64,000 nucleotides of DNA, taken from NCBI GenBank assembly GCA_964016885.1, contig OZ024745.1, forward strand, positions 76,632,001 to 76,696,000. The letters are read 5' to 3'. Shown one piece after another: positions 12,368 to 23,749 of this stretch. A program made the position numbers and the translations under genes. Positions within the stretch are counted from its first letter, which is position 1, and each line of letters starts with the position of its first letter. This stretch comes from Eledone cirrhosa (lineage: Eukaryota). The notes beneath the pieces were generated by a model that was given only the letters and a program-made list of their open reading frames with translations, did no database searches and was not told the origin of the DNA.

Positions 12368-15300
12368 CTTTGTATGTATCTCTTTCTCTTAATTTCGAGT
12401 ATATTTTTTTGACCGGCCACCTTCCTGGTGGCAAGGTTGTAAAAGAAAAGAAATTGTCATCCCTTGAATCGCAAGAATGTTTTGCAAATTTTGAAGGTGC
12501 CAGCTATCGCAGTCATTTGTAGACTATGAATTAGGGAGCTGCGCTTTTTGTCGGCAAATCCAAGTTCAGTCATACTTTGGTCTAAGCGGGTTGGTATATA
12601 ACTCGTAGCTCCAATAATGATGGGTATGAAGCTAAAGGTGTATCTTGGATACTGGATTTGTAAACTCCTCATCAATGGTCCGTAGATGTGCTCCTTCTCC
12701 TGTATTTTTCTGACAACGTTTACATCAAGTGGGCAGCTGATCTCCACAACAGAACACGTTTTCAATGTGTGGTCCCAGACAACAATATCAGGCCGGTTGT
12801 GTTTTAATTTGGTGGCAGTTTTTATTTTCAGGTTCCACCAGTATTCCTTAGTGCCACCTGTCTCAATATATTCCTCCTCGTTTGTTGTTAATTTTGTATT
12901 CCGAAGTGCGTTCCAGATGGTTCTAGCTATCCCATCGTGTCTCATGGGGAAGTAGTAGCGAGATGACATTCTTTCGCAGCTGGCAACAATGTGGCTAACA
13001 TCTTCGATCTTTGTTTTACATAGCCTACATTTATTGTCAGCTGCTGTCCCTCCTCTTTTGTGCAGCAGATATTTGGTAGGGAGTTCTTGTTCCTGTATTG
13101 CATAGAGATATCCCTCAAGGTGTGATGTCATAAACTTGTCGGAACTCCATGCCAGGCTTTTTGAGTGGTTTATCCCCTCTATGGTCTGTATTTTACGCCT
13201 CAAGTATCCATGCACAACTTTTTCTGTAAATTGGTCAATTTTTTTATCTTGTTTGAACATTGAATAGGATCTTCCAATTTCTCTGGGTGAGAGATTTATA
13301 TCAGGCTTTATTCCATAGCTCTCCTCCAGATCAGTCGCTATTCTAATGATATTTTTTTTTCATGCTCATAAACCTGGGCAAGATGGTTCTTCTGTTGAAG
13401 GTGTTGCTTCAGTGTTACTATCCGGGTCTCATATGTTGTTAATATTGATTTTAGACCCCGGCCACCTTCCTTTCGTGAGAAGTATAGCCTATCCACATCA
13501 CCATTGATGTTAAAGTTCCCAGTAACACTGAGAAGTTTTCGAGTTCTAACATCCATCTCACTTAGTTCTTGCAATGACCAGTTCAGCAGGCCAAATGTTG
13601 GCGTTAGAATTGGCACAGCATAAGTATTGTGGGTAATGTATTTGTTCTATGCTGACAGTTCTGATGACCATATTTTCTTTACTCTTCTGAGGTATTCAGT
13701 TCTGGTTCTCTCTTTATTTATGGGTCCATCATATCTGACATTCTCATCCTGTCCAAGATATCTGTAGTTGTCACCTGACTGCAGAGGTTGTATTGTCAGG
13801 CCGTTCATCTCTAGATTTCTAGAGGAGGGCACAGCTCTTCCACGTTTTACTGCCAAATATGCACACTTGGACTCACCAAATTTCATTTTGATGTCGGTTG
13901 AAAATTGTGTAATGAGCTCCAATTGTTTCTTGATGTCATTGATATTTGGCCCATACAACTTCAGGTCATCAACAAAGAAAAGATGGGAGATACTTCTGGG
14001 CCCACTTCTTTGTCCACCTTGTTTCCTGAGTAGGTAAGATAGTGGATTCAGTGAGAGAACGAAGAGTAGCACTGACAAGCTATCACCCTGAAAGATGCCC
14101 TTCTGGTAATGTATCTTATCAGTCTTAACTTGCTCCTTCTCACCTCTAAGGATCAAATTGGTGTACCAGTTCTTGGTCAGGCGTTCAACAGCAGCTACCA
14201 ATGGTTTTGGGACTTTAGCTAACTGTAAAGCCTTAATAATCCACCCATGAGGTACACTATCAAATGCTTTTTGATAGTCCAGCCACACCACAGTCATGTT
14301 TCTGCGATTCTTTGTTGTTTTTTCCTGAATCATTTTGTTGGTTAGTAGGTGATCTATGCAACCCAACACCTCCCTATTTCCACCAGCTTGCTCAGGTGTT
14401 ATGATGTTGTTGGTAGCACAGTGATCCTGTAAGAACAGGTTAAGGCACCCAGTATATAATTTATACATGATGTTTTGGCAGGCTATTGGGCGGTAATTTT
14501 TAGCAAGGGTGGTTTGGCTATTTTGGGGAATGAGGAGAGTAGTGGCAGTTGATAACCATCTGGGCAGTTCTTGTGTGCCTTTAATGGTTTCTGTAAACAG
14601 CCGTATGAGATCTTGCTGATAGAAAGTGAAATTCCTCAACCAGTATCCTGTAATGAGGTCTGGGCCTGGCGATTTCCTATTCGACATTTTCTGTAGAGCT
14701 GTTTCCAGTATTGACCCATCTATGTCATATTGTTTTATCTGGCAGTAGTCCTGTTCCAGTCTTTTAGCCAATTAGCTTGTCTGTTGAATCCGTCATCCGT
14801 TTCCCATACAGATCTCCAGTAGCTCTCAACCTGTTCTTTTGAAGGGGTGTCGTTTACAGGGATTGAGCTTTTGCCACCGAAGCTGCGATAAACTGATTTA
14901 GGATCTCTGGCAAACAATCTATTTAGCACTTGTCGTTTATGTGCTGTTGACTTATATTTTAATATTTCTGTTGTAGCTGTGAGTTGTTGTTTCAACTGGT
15001 GTAATTTGGAGTTCAAAGTTTTAAATTTTGTATCTCCAAATTGTCTCTCTAACTTTTTCTTTAGGTCTTCCTGGTGTCGTGTGAAGTTGCTCTCTATGTT
15101 GCATTTCATAACGATTACGATGTGTGAGATACTTCGTCTCAGGGACACAATTTTGGTTTTTAAATTTCGCATCCACGCTGGTTCAGGCTTTCTGTTTGTA
15201 TCTTGATTGCGTGGTTTTAGATGTGTGTTATATGATAGCAATGTGACAGCTGAAACATATAACAAAACATTAAGCGTTTCAAATGTCGTTTCTACACCTT

Positions 15301-16568
15301 TAGATCGTATAGCCTTCAGATAATTGCCAGCTATTTCGTTCACCGCTTCCAATTCCACTTTAGTGGGTTCTTTACTGATTCTGGTGTTGTATGGTCTGTC
15401 ACATTAAGGCTGTGTATCTCTTGAAACATATCGTTCCATATCACTTGTAGGGTGTCCACAAGTTTTTGGTGCTCTGTTTGTTCAGTAGAGTCATGAATTT
15501 CAGCCTCGTTGTTGATGTGGTGACAATTACTACTAGAGCTGACCTTTCTCGCTGTTCTTCAGTGGAAGTGGGATGGATTTCAGCAAAATTGTTGGTGAGC
15601 TGTTCACTGTTAGATTTAGCTGGCCTTTCTCTTTGTCTGTCAGTGGAGGTGGGGTGGTTGACTACAAGGGCTGTATTTGTAGTATCACTCAATTTCGTTA
15701 GATGTATCAATTTACATCTAATGATACGTTTTGCCTGTTCATTTAAATGCTTTGGAGAAAAGTCTAATTCTGGGTGTTTGGAGTTCCATAAAGTTTTTAG
15801 CCTTTGCATAAAACCGAACTTTTGGGGTTCAGATTGTTTGTATGCTTCATATAATACTTTGTTAAGCTCGTAGCTCCATTGTATACAACGGTTGTAGTTG
15901 CGATTTGGTCGAAGGAGACTTGTACTTTTTGCCATGATGAGTTCGTCTATTCACTAATATTTCGTATTTATTTTTCAAAATAGTCGATGATCTTCTTTAA
16001 GAGTTTCGACAAAGTTCTGTCAGAATCAAATTTAAAGTTATTCACAGCTTGGGTAATATTTCTTTTCAGTTAGTTTTTAATTCTACAACTGTGTTTTAAA
16101 CGTTGTTCTTGAATCGTTTGAATCGAGAACAAAAAGAACCGTTACTTTGTATATTCCTTTATGAATGTAATATAATATAACAACGCTGTATTTATATGTT
16201 AAAGTTTATGTATCATTCACATAAATAGGTGTTCTACAACTTATTCACAACATATTCACAGTTCAAACACTTATGTTTTTGTTTCTGAATCGAAACCGTT
16301 ACTTGTATATTTCTTTATAAATGTAATATAACAACGTTGCATTTATATGTTAAAGTATATATATCGTTCATATATCATAAGTGTATGTATCGTTCATATA
16401 AATAGGTGTTTTACAACACACTTACAGTTCAAACACTTATGTAGAATTATTGTATGTAATCTTACCGCGTAATGTAGCTCAACTTTTTCCAATATATGGT
16501 ATGTTGCCTTCATGTAAGCCGTAATTACACACGTCCGATTATCGGACACTGACCACAACGGTCGCCAT

Positions 16569-16570
<2 letters not shown>
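12368..16570 (-). mobile_element. Near full-length R4/Dong-like non-LTR retrotransposon, copy B (different subfamily)
   Basis: ORF pieces 15441-15935, 14735-15358, 13647-14771 (RT), 13338-13616, 12457-13260 (CCHC + RLE); (TATG)n at both ends. Confidence 0.92.
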
Positions 16571-16600
<30 letters not shown>

Positions 16601-16633
16601 TGTATGTATGTATGTATGTATGTATGTATGTAT

Positions 16634-17262
16634 GTATGTATGTATGTATGTATGTCAGGTCACCAGTTGGTGCTACTGGTAACATGTATCCCAGTACAAC
16701 CTGTCTCATGGTCGGGTCGTTGGCGACTAAACTGGCAACCCCACCAAGGTTTCTTGGTGAGGAGGGTGACTTTGGACATCCTGCAGGGCTAAAAACAAAA
16801 CCTGTCAAAGGGCAAAGGAGCTCTTAAGAGTCAATGGCCATCCAAAATCACCGGGAGAGATGACCCCTTAGCCTTTGTCAAGGCAGAATTCTAGGAGAAG
16901 GAAAACTCTGATATAACACCTGCAACCCTGATGGTATCCAATGATGTTGACTTGTTCTTCTTTTTGGTAAATATCATCTTGGTTAAGAGAGTGGGACTGG
17001 CTTTGTGCAGTGCCTTTGCTCACTATAAAAGCTTCTCGGCACAGGCATTGCTTTATATCTGGAGATCTCTCTGCACTTGTCGTCACATGGTACCATGGGC
17101 CCAACACTATGTGTCAATAATTGTCACAAGTGTAGTCTTTGTGCCAGAGTTTTCAAGTCGCTGGCTGGACTAAAAAGTCACACTCGTTCAGCGCATCAGT
17201 AGGGGTTCTCCTACATGGATATAAAGTAGTGGCCGTACTCGAAAACGAGTTGGCAGCCACCA
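16634..17262 (+). mobile_element. Non-autonomous RTE-derived element
   Basis: 3' part encodes KCSLCARVFKSLAGLKSHTRSAH (RTE-like terminal C2H2); no RT; 5'-truncated copies at 32378-32783 and 47076-47345. Confidence 0.65.
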
Positions 17263-17662
17263 TGTATGTATGTATGTATGTATGTATGTATGTATGTATG
17301 TATGCATTATGTATGGATGCAAATATATGAATTACATTTATAGCTTCTGCAGAAAATATTTGCGGAATTCTATATAAATATCGGAATTCTATATAAATAT
17401 CGGAAAAAATGAAACGAAATTTCATTTCCCACTCTTAGTATGGCCGTTACTTAAATATAAGTATGTATACGTACATACATATATGTATACAGACGTACAG
17501 TAGTATGTGTATATATATACATACATGCACACATATATATATGTACGTATGGATTCACCAAACATTTATTATAATGCTCGGTGTGTTTGTAAACAAACAT
17601 CCCGTATTAAGCCGTAGTGTCTAGCAACCACCGTTGCTCGTTTGTTCAACACTGACAGAGGA

Positions 17663-17705
17663 ACGCTGTACTAGTTTCAAGCTTGTTAGCTATCGTCAGC
17701 AACGT
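17663..17705 (-). ncRNA. Type I hammerhead ribozyme motif (424-bp unit)
   Basis: rc: ACGTTG-CTGACGA-TAGCTAACAAGCTT-GAAA-CTAG-TA-CAGCGT. Confidence 0.82.
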
Positions 17706-18282
17706 ATACCTTCCTGCCAGATAGTTGAACGTCCGAAAGTATATACTTTCCTTATGCATATTAACGGCTGAGTAGCCCAATTTGCATATCGAGTGAGTTA
17801 ATCGGCACCGAAAACGATAAACGGAAAAAATGAAACGAAATTTCATTTCCCACTCTTGTTACTTAAATATAGGTATGTATACGTACATACATATATGTAT
17901 ACAGACGTACAGTAGTATGTATATATACATACATGCACACATATATATATGTACGTAACATGGGCTTAATACGGGGTGTTTGTTTACAAACACACCGAGC
18001 ATTATAATAAATGTTTGGTGAATCCATACGTACATATATATATGTGTGTATGAATATATATATACATACTACTGTACGTCTGTATACATATATGTATGTA
18101 CGTATACATACTTATATTTAAGTAACAGCTGTACTAAGTTGGGAAATGAAATTTCGTTTCATTTTTTCCGTTTATCGTTTTCGGTGCACCCGGCCGATTA
18201 ACCCACTCGATATGCAAATTGGGCTACTCAGCCGTTAATATACATAAGGTTATATACGTTCAACAATCTGGCAGGAAGGTAT

Positions 18283-18325
18283 ACGTTGCTGACGATAGCT
18301 AACAAGCTTGAAACTAGTACAGCGT
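18283..18325 (+). ncRNA. Type I hammerhead ribozyme motif (424-bp unit)
   Basis: ACGTTG-CTGACGA-TAGCTAACAAGCTT-GAAA-CTAG-TA-CAGCGT. Confidence 0.82.
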
Positions 18326-19004
18326 TCCTTTGTCAGTGTTGAACAAACGAGCAACGGTGGTTGCTAGACACTACGGCTTAATACGGGATGTTTGTTTACA
18401 AACACACCGAGCATTATAATAAATGTTTGGTGAATCCATACGTACATATATATATGTGTGCATGTATGTATATATATATACATACTACTGTACGTCTGTA
18501 TACATATATGTATGTACGTAAACATACTTATATATATAAATATCCTACTACGAAGATTGAAATAATTGGGGTTTTCTATTTCTATACAAGCTACCAATAG
18601 CAACCAAATGTACTATTAGCTGAGGAGGCACAGGTTTCCAAAGTTATGATTATGTATTACCCTTTGAGCTGTGATAAAGCAAACTTATAATCAAGACCTT
18701 CCAGCCATGATCTCTACATCTATTTTCAGACAATATATAATAAAACGTGCTCTTACTTATTTTTATGGCAAAGTATTATTTGATAAAAAAATTGACGGCT
18801 ATTTTCTGTCTGGTCACACAAACACGTAAAGGCTACTCCATTTACAATATAATACAACAGTTGTAAATAGCATTAATCGTCTTTTAAAGACCAAGACATT
18901 GAAAGGAAATTGCACGATTATCGACAATTTTCAGTCATATCGAAGTGACAGAAATATTAGAACTATTATCTAATATTAGAAATATTATCTAAATGCTTAG
19001 CAGT

Positions 19005-19215
19005 GGCAGTGGATTGGCAGTATCGGCAGAGCGTCGGACAGCATGCTTTATGGCATTGGATTACGCCCTTTACAATCTGAATTCATATCCCGCCGAGGTT
19101 AGTTTTGCCTTTCATCGTTATAGGGTCGATAAAATAAAGTTTTACACTGGGGTCGATTTAATTGACTTTCCTCTCCCCCAAAATTGTTGGCTGTGTGCCT
19201 AAATCAGAAACCAAT
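19005..19215 (+). mobile_element. SINE copy (family of 6660-6872)
   Basis: Shares TTTGCCTTTCATC..GGGTCGATAAAATAAAGT..CAAAATTG. Confidence 0.75.
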
Positions 19216-19663
19216 ATTCAATTGTTTAGACTGGTTTACAGTTCAAATACCAACAGAGTCCTTTATTGTTTCGGTATCGATAAGTAGTACAATCGATTTC
19301 ATTAATTCCTAATTATCTAAATGTATGGTATTGTGATAGAATTACACACCGTTATTATTATCATTGAGAAAAAGATGGAGTAGCAGAAAGAGAGCAGGAG
19401 GAAATACTTTGTGATAGATACTTTGAGTAAAAACCCCAGGATAGTGATACAGGAAAAATCTCGTACACCGTAGTACACCGTAGCAGTTATATATATATAT
19501 ATGGAGGAGGTTATAGTTCACTTGAAGCATTGTGTAATGAGGTATAAACGTTTGAATATGTATAATAAAGCCAAAACAATGCAGGTATGGACATAGAATA
19601 AAGAATGCAAATGCAAAAGATATTGTTGACAATTAGACTTTTACCTTAGATTTATTTTAATGT

Positions 19664-19698
19664 CCTTAATTTTCGAGATAATATCTCTTCTTCAGAGG
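19664..19698 (-). ncRNA. Minimal hammerhead in PLE pLTR
   Basis: rc: CCT-CTGAAGA-A-GAGAT-ATT-ATCTC-GAAA-AT-TA-AGG. Confidence 0.7.
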
Positions 19699-21331
19699 GA
19701 AATAAAGGTCTCAAACCAGCATTCTAAACAGCTTGCCAAGTCATACTGACAGGAAATGGTATAGAGTATCTGTTCTATCTCTAATGTCAAAGAGTTAAAA
19801 TTAGGTGGATAAAGAGTAGTCTCCCTTTAAAAGGGATTTTTTTATTTTTTTTTTTATATACATGCCTGTTTAAGTGTGTGGGAGAATGCATGAAGGTGTA
19901 AGTATGTGAGTGTGTGTGTGTGAGTGTGAAAAGATAAGTCTATTCGTAAATGTGGGGGATAGGTGTTATCTAGTGTTAGAACTGGTTTTGTGTGTGTATG
20001 TGTGAGAGAGAAGAAGTAGAGGTGTAAGCGTGTGTGTATGTGTGTGCGTGCGTGCGTGTGTGTGTGGGGTATGTGTAAATATGGGACTAGAAGCTCTATC
20101 AGGTTATAAATTGGGTGTTGAGTTCTAGTCTATTATTGATTGGTGGTTGTGTTTTATCTATAATTAGTGCTTCCTTAATTCTAAGATTGCCGAGGTTTCT
20201 TTCCTTAGTTTCTATCCTAACTGTTATGGTTTTGTCGGTGTTTTTGCATTTAACTAGGTGTTTCTTAAATGAGGAAGCGTTAGTATTGAGGTGTTCTTTT
20301 ATTCTTATGTGGAGTGGTCTGGTGGTGCTACCTACGTAGAAGTTGTTGCATTTGTCACACTCTAGTCTGTATACGACGTAAGCCAGATGGTCTGTGTCGT
20401 TGATGGGGCAGTTGGCTAGTCTGCAGCAGTTGTCATGTCTGGTGGAGTGTCTTTTGGTTAGCTGTCCGCGTAGAGAAGGACCTGAGTGGGCCAGTTGGAT
20501 ATCTAGTCCCTCTCGTCTGATAGCTCTGCGGATGGCTGTTGTTGTTTCTTCACTGAAGTGTGGGAGCTTCAGGAAGCAAGTGTTAGTGCCTCGGATGTAG
20601 TGTCCTCTGTTCTTTCTGGCACGGTTGTGGTGGATGTCGTGTATCCGTTCAGTTTGAGTACTTCCAGGAAATGTGTGGTGTGTGTGTCTCGGTCTCTAGC
20701 GTCGGTGCATTTGTTCCGGATACGTGCCAATTCGTTCCTTATGTATCCGAACTTGGCACCGAGTGGGAAGGCCGATCTGAAATGTACAAACAAGTCTCTG
20801 CTGGCGGCTTTTTTATAGAAGCAGGTGTGGATGTTGCCTTCCTCTGTTACCCTGAGTTGGAAGTCCAGTAGGGATAGGGAACCGCGGTCATCGGGGTGTT
20901 CCATGCTGAACTTTATACTGTCGTCCATGCTGGAGAATGTTGTGTATATTTTCTCTGCCTCCTCACGGGATGATGTAAGGATGAGTATGTCATCTACATA
21001 TCGGGTGAAGAAGGCATGGGAATGGCAGGTGTTGAGGGCTCGGCATTCTAGCTGGTTCATGTAGGTGATGGCCAGCAGGCCCGATAGGCTGGATCCCATG
21101 GGTAATCCTGTTGTCTGTCTGCATGTGTGGTGGTGGAAGGTGAAGTACGTGTTGTCTACTGTGAAGGACAAAAGCTGGTGTATGTCCGTCGGGTGGAGGC
21201 CGTAGCAGTGGATGTCCTCTGCGACCACGCAGTCCGTCAATAAATCGACAGCTGGATGAGCGGGGACTGTAGTGTAGAGGGAGACAACGTCGAGGCTTAG
21301 GCGTATTTATTTAGTTTGAGACCTTTATTTC

Positions 21332-21366
21332 CCTCTGAAGAAGAGATATTATCTCGAAAATTAAGG
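21332..21366 (+). ncRNA. Minimal hammerhead in inverted PLE pLTR
   Basis: Same motif as 19664-19698 on the opposite strand. Confidence 0.7.
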
Positions 21367-21480
21367 ACATTTAAATAAATCTAAGGTAAAAGACTAATTG
21401 TCAACAATATCTTTTGCATTTGCATTCTTTATTCTATGTCCATACCTGCATTGTTTTGGCTTTATTATACATATTCAAAC

Positions 21481-21570
<90 letters not shown>

Positions 21571-21948
21571 CATTATATATATATATTATCTTACGGGGTC
21601 GATAAAATAAAGTACCAGTAATGCACTGGGTAATTGCTGGCCTTGTGCCTAAAGTAGAAACAATTATATATATATATAATACATTATATATATATATTTA
21701 TTTTACGGGGTCGATAAAATAAAGTACCAGTAATGCACTGGGTAATTGCTGGCCTTGTGCCTAAAGTAGAAACAATTATATATATATATACATATATATA
21801 TATATAAAGAATTAGTATATCTAGTAACATATGACGAAAGGCTTCTCCGTACGTTTCTTCGGAAACTATGTTTATTCCCTTTCAGAAACTAATTAGTTGG
21901 AGTGAAATTTTAGTAAGTAAGTTAATTTTATAATTTTCTTATTTTACG

Positions 21949-21992
<44 letters not shown>

Positions 21993-21997
<5 letters not shown>

Positions 21998-22695
21998 AAG
22001 GCGGAAAGGGAGTCAATCACGTGATACAGCGGTCAAGAAACAGAGCTAAGCCCCTTATAACCCTGAAAAAAAATACCACGAAGGCGGAGGGGGTATTTAT
22101 ATCAAAGCCGTAGAAGAGGTGGTTTGAGGAGGCGAGAAGTATGAGTAATGGTAGCTATCCAGCAGTTACTACACTTCAAAGGTTACTCGACCAAAGGGAG
22201 TTATAAACAATATATAGAGAAACACACAGATACATGCGGAGACATACATATACATGAATATATCCACATACATCCTTGAGTTAGTGGTACCAACCTCAAC
22301 CGATGTTGCTCTATGAATAACTGAGACAAACCAATCCGAATGGATTAGATTGATTCAGTATCAGAGCTATATAATACATTATGAAGAGAGAAGAAACATT
22401 AGATATAATTAGTAATAAGATATATCATACCAAAACTGCTTCTTTAATCCCCGACTACGTAGTTTCGTGGCATATTATGCAAAAACACTACATCATAGAG
22501 ATATAGAGTTTTTGTGAGGTCTGCCGACTTATCAAGAGGATACCTCATTAAGGGTTTCAAAACACGTCTGTGATGCACGAGATAAAATCTCGAAAGGCGG
22601 AGAGGGAGTCAATCACGTGATACAGCGGTCAAGAAACAGAGCTAAGCCCCTTATAACCCTGAAAAAGAATACCACAGAGGCGGAGGGGGTATATA
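21993..22695. repeat. Element with ~105-bp direct repeats (21993-22100, 22590-22695) between (TA)n tracts
   Basis: TCGAAAGGCGG..AACCCTGAAAAA..GGCGGAGGGGGTAT occurs twice. Confidence 0.75.
22447..22502 (-). ncRNA. Atypical hammerhead-like motif (core AUGAUGUA)
   Basis: rc: ATCTCT-ATGATGTA-GTG..CAC-GAAA-CTACGTAG-TC-GGGGAT. Confidence 0.5.
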
Positions 22696-22709
22696 TATAT
22701 ATATATATA

Positions 22710-23596
22710 CGAAGTGTGTCAGAAAAGTTCCAGGACTGATGTCACAAAAGATTTATTTCAAACCCAAATTTCATACTAAGAGTTTTCTCCTTCAAAGTAA
22801 TCCCCCTGGAGTATGTAACTGTAATCTTAGCTGTCTCCAGCGATCAAATTTTTTTCTTCATATTTTTATATACATGTCCTCTGTTTCAGGTCGTCAAGCA
22901 ATGAACACAGAGCAACGAACAAACTTGAAGTTTCTGGTGCGGTTGGGAAAAACTCCGTCAGAAGCACTGGGATTGCTGCAGTAAGTGTATGGAGATGACA
23001 CGATGTCACGCTCACGTGTTTTTGAGTGGTGCAAGATGACCCCAGGAGCGGAAGGCCCTCAACAACCAGAACTGAGGTCAACGTTAAGCGCGTCGGGCAG
23101 ATGGTGCGTAGCGATCGTCGGCTGACTGTTCGACTGATGGCAAATAAGCTGGGCATGAATCGGGACAGCGTCTGGAAGATTCTCACTGAAGATTTGGACA
23201 TGCGGAAAGTCTGCGCGAAGATGGTGCCAAAACTGCTGAACGATGACCAGAAGGGTCGACGCATGCAAGTGTGCCAGGACATCTCCGAGCGTCTTGAAAC
23301 CGAACAAGACTTGCTAGGGACAGTCATCACCGGTGATGAGTCTTGGATCTTCGAGTATGACCCGGAAACCAAACGTTTTGAAGACGTGGACGACATCAAA
23401 AAGGCCGTGAAGACGGAACTGCGGAGGATCCCGGAAGAATCCTTCCAGGAGTGCATGCAAGTGTGGCAAAAAAGGATGTCAAAGTGCATTAGACTCCAGG
23501 GGGATTACTTTGAAGGAGAAAACTATTTAGTGTGAAGTTTGGGTTTGAAATAAATCTTTTGTGACATCAGTCCTGGAAATTTTCTGACACACCGCG
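22710..23596 (+). mobile_element. Internally deleted mariner transposon
   Basis: ~65-bp TIRs, TA on both sides; RSGRPST, MVPKLL and ITGDESWIFEYDPETK joined directly to C-terminal RFEDVDDIK..CIRLQGDYFE. Confidence 0.92.
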
Positions 23597-23749
23597 TATA
23601 TGTATTTCTATCGTTTGTATAAAGTTCTGTTATACTATCTACTTCCCCTCAATTAAGAAGAAATATTTCACATCAGTTTGCTGATATTTTGAAATATATG
23701 ATCATGCTCTAAAGAAAAGTGAAATAAATCGAAGGACTTATAGTAAAAT

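Larger units (their letters stand above)
17401..18532. repeat. Inverted pair of partial tandem arrays of the ~424-bp HHR unit
   Basis: Minus block ~17401-17955 and plus block ~17962-18532, each ~1.3 units; same unit at 47925-49478, fragments at 4519-4755. Confidence 0.88.
19543..21487 (-). mobile_element. 5'-truncated Penelope-like element with an inverted pLTR copy
   Basis: RT (SLDVVSLYTTVP, GLPMGSSLS, RYVDD; 20569-21300) and GIY-YIG (VVYRLECDKCNNFYVGSTTRPLHIRIKEH; ~20099-20400); inverted arms 19543-19716 / 21314-21487. Confidence 0.92.

Noticed and set aside
21855-21890. rc CTGAAAG..GAAA-CG-TA, HHR-like
   Set aside because: Core and helix I do not fit.
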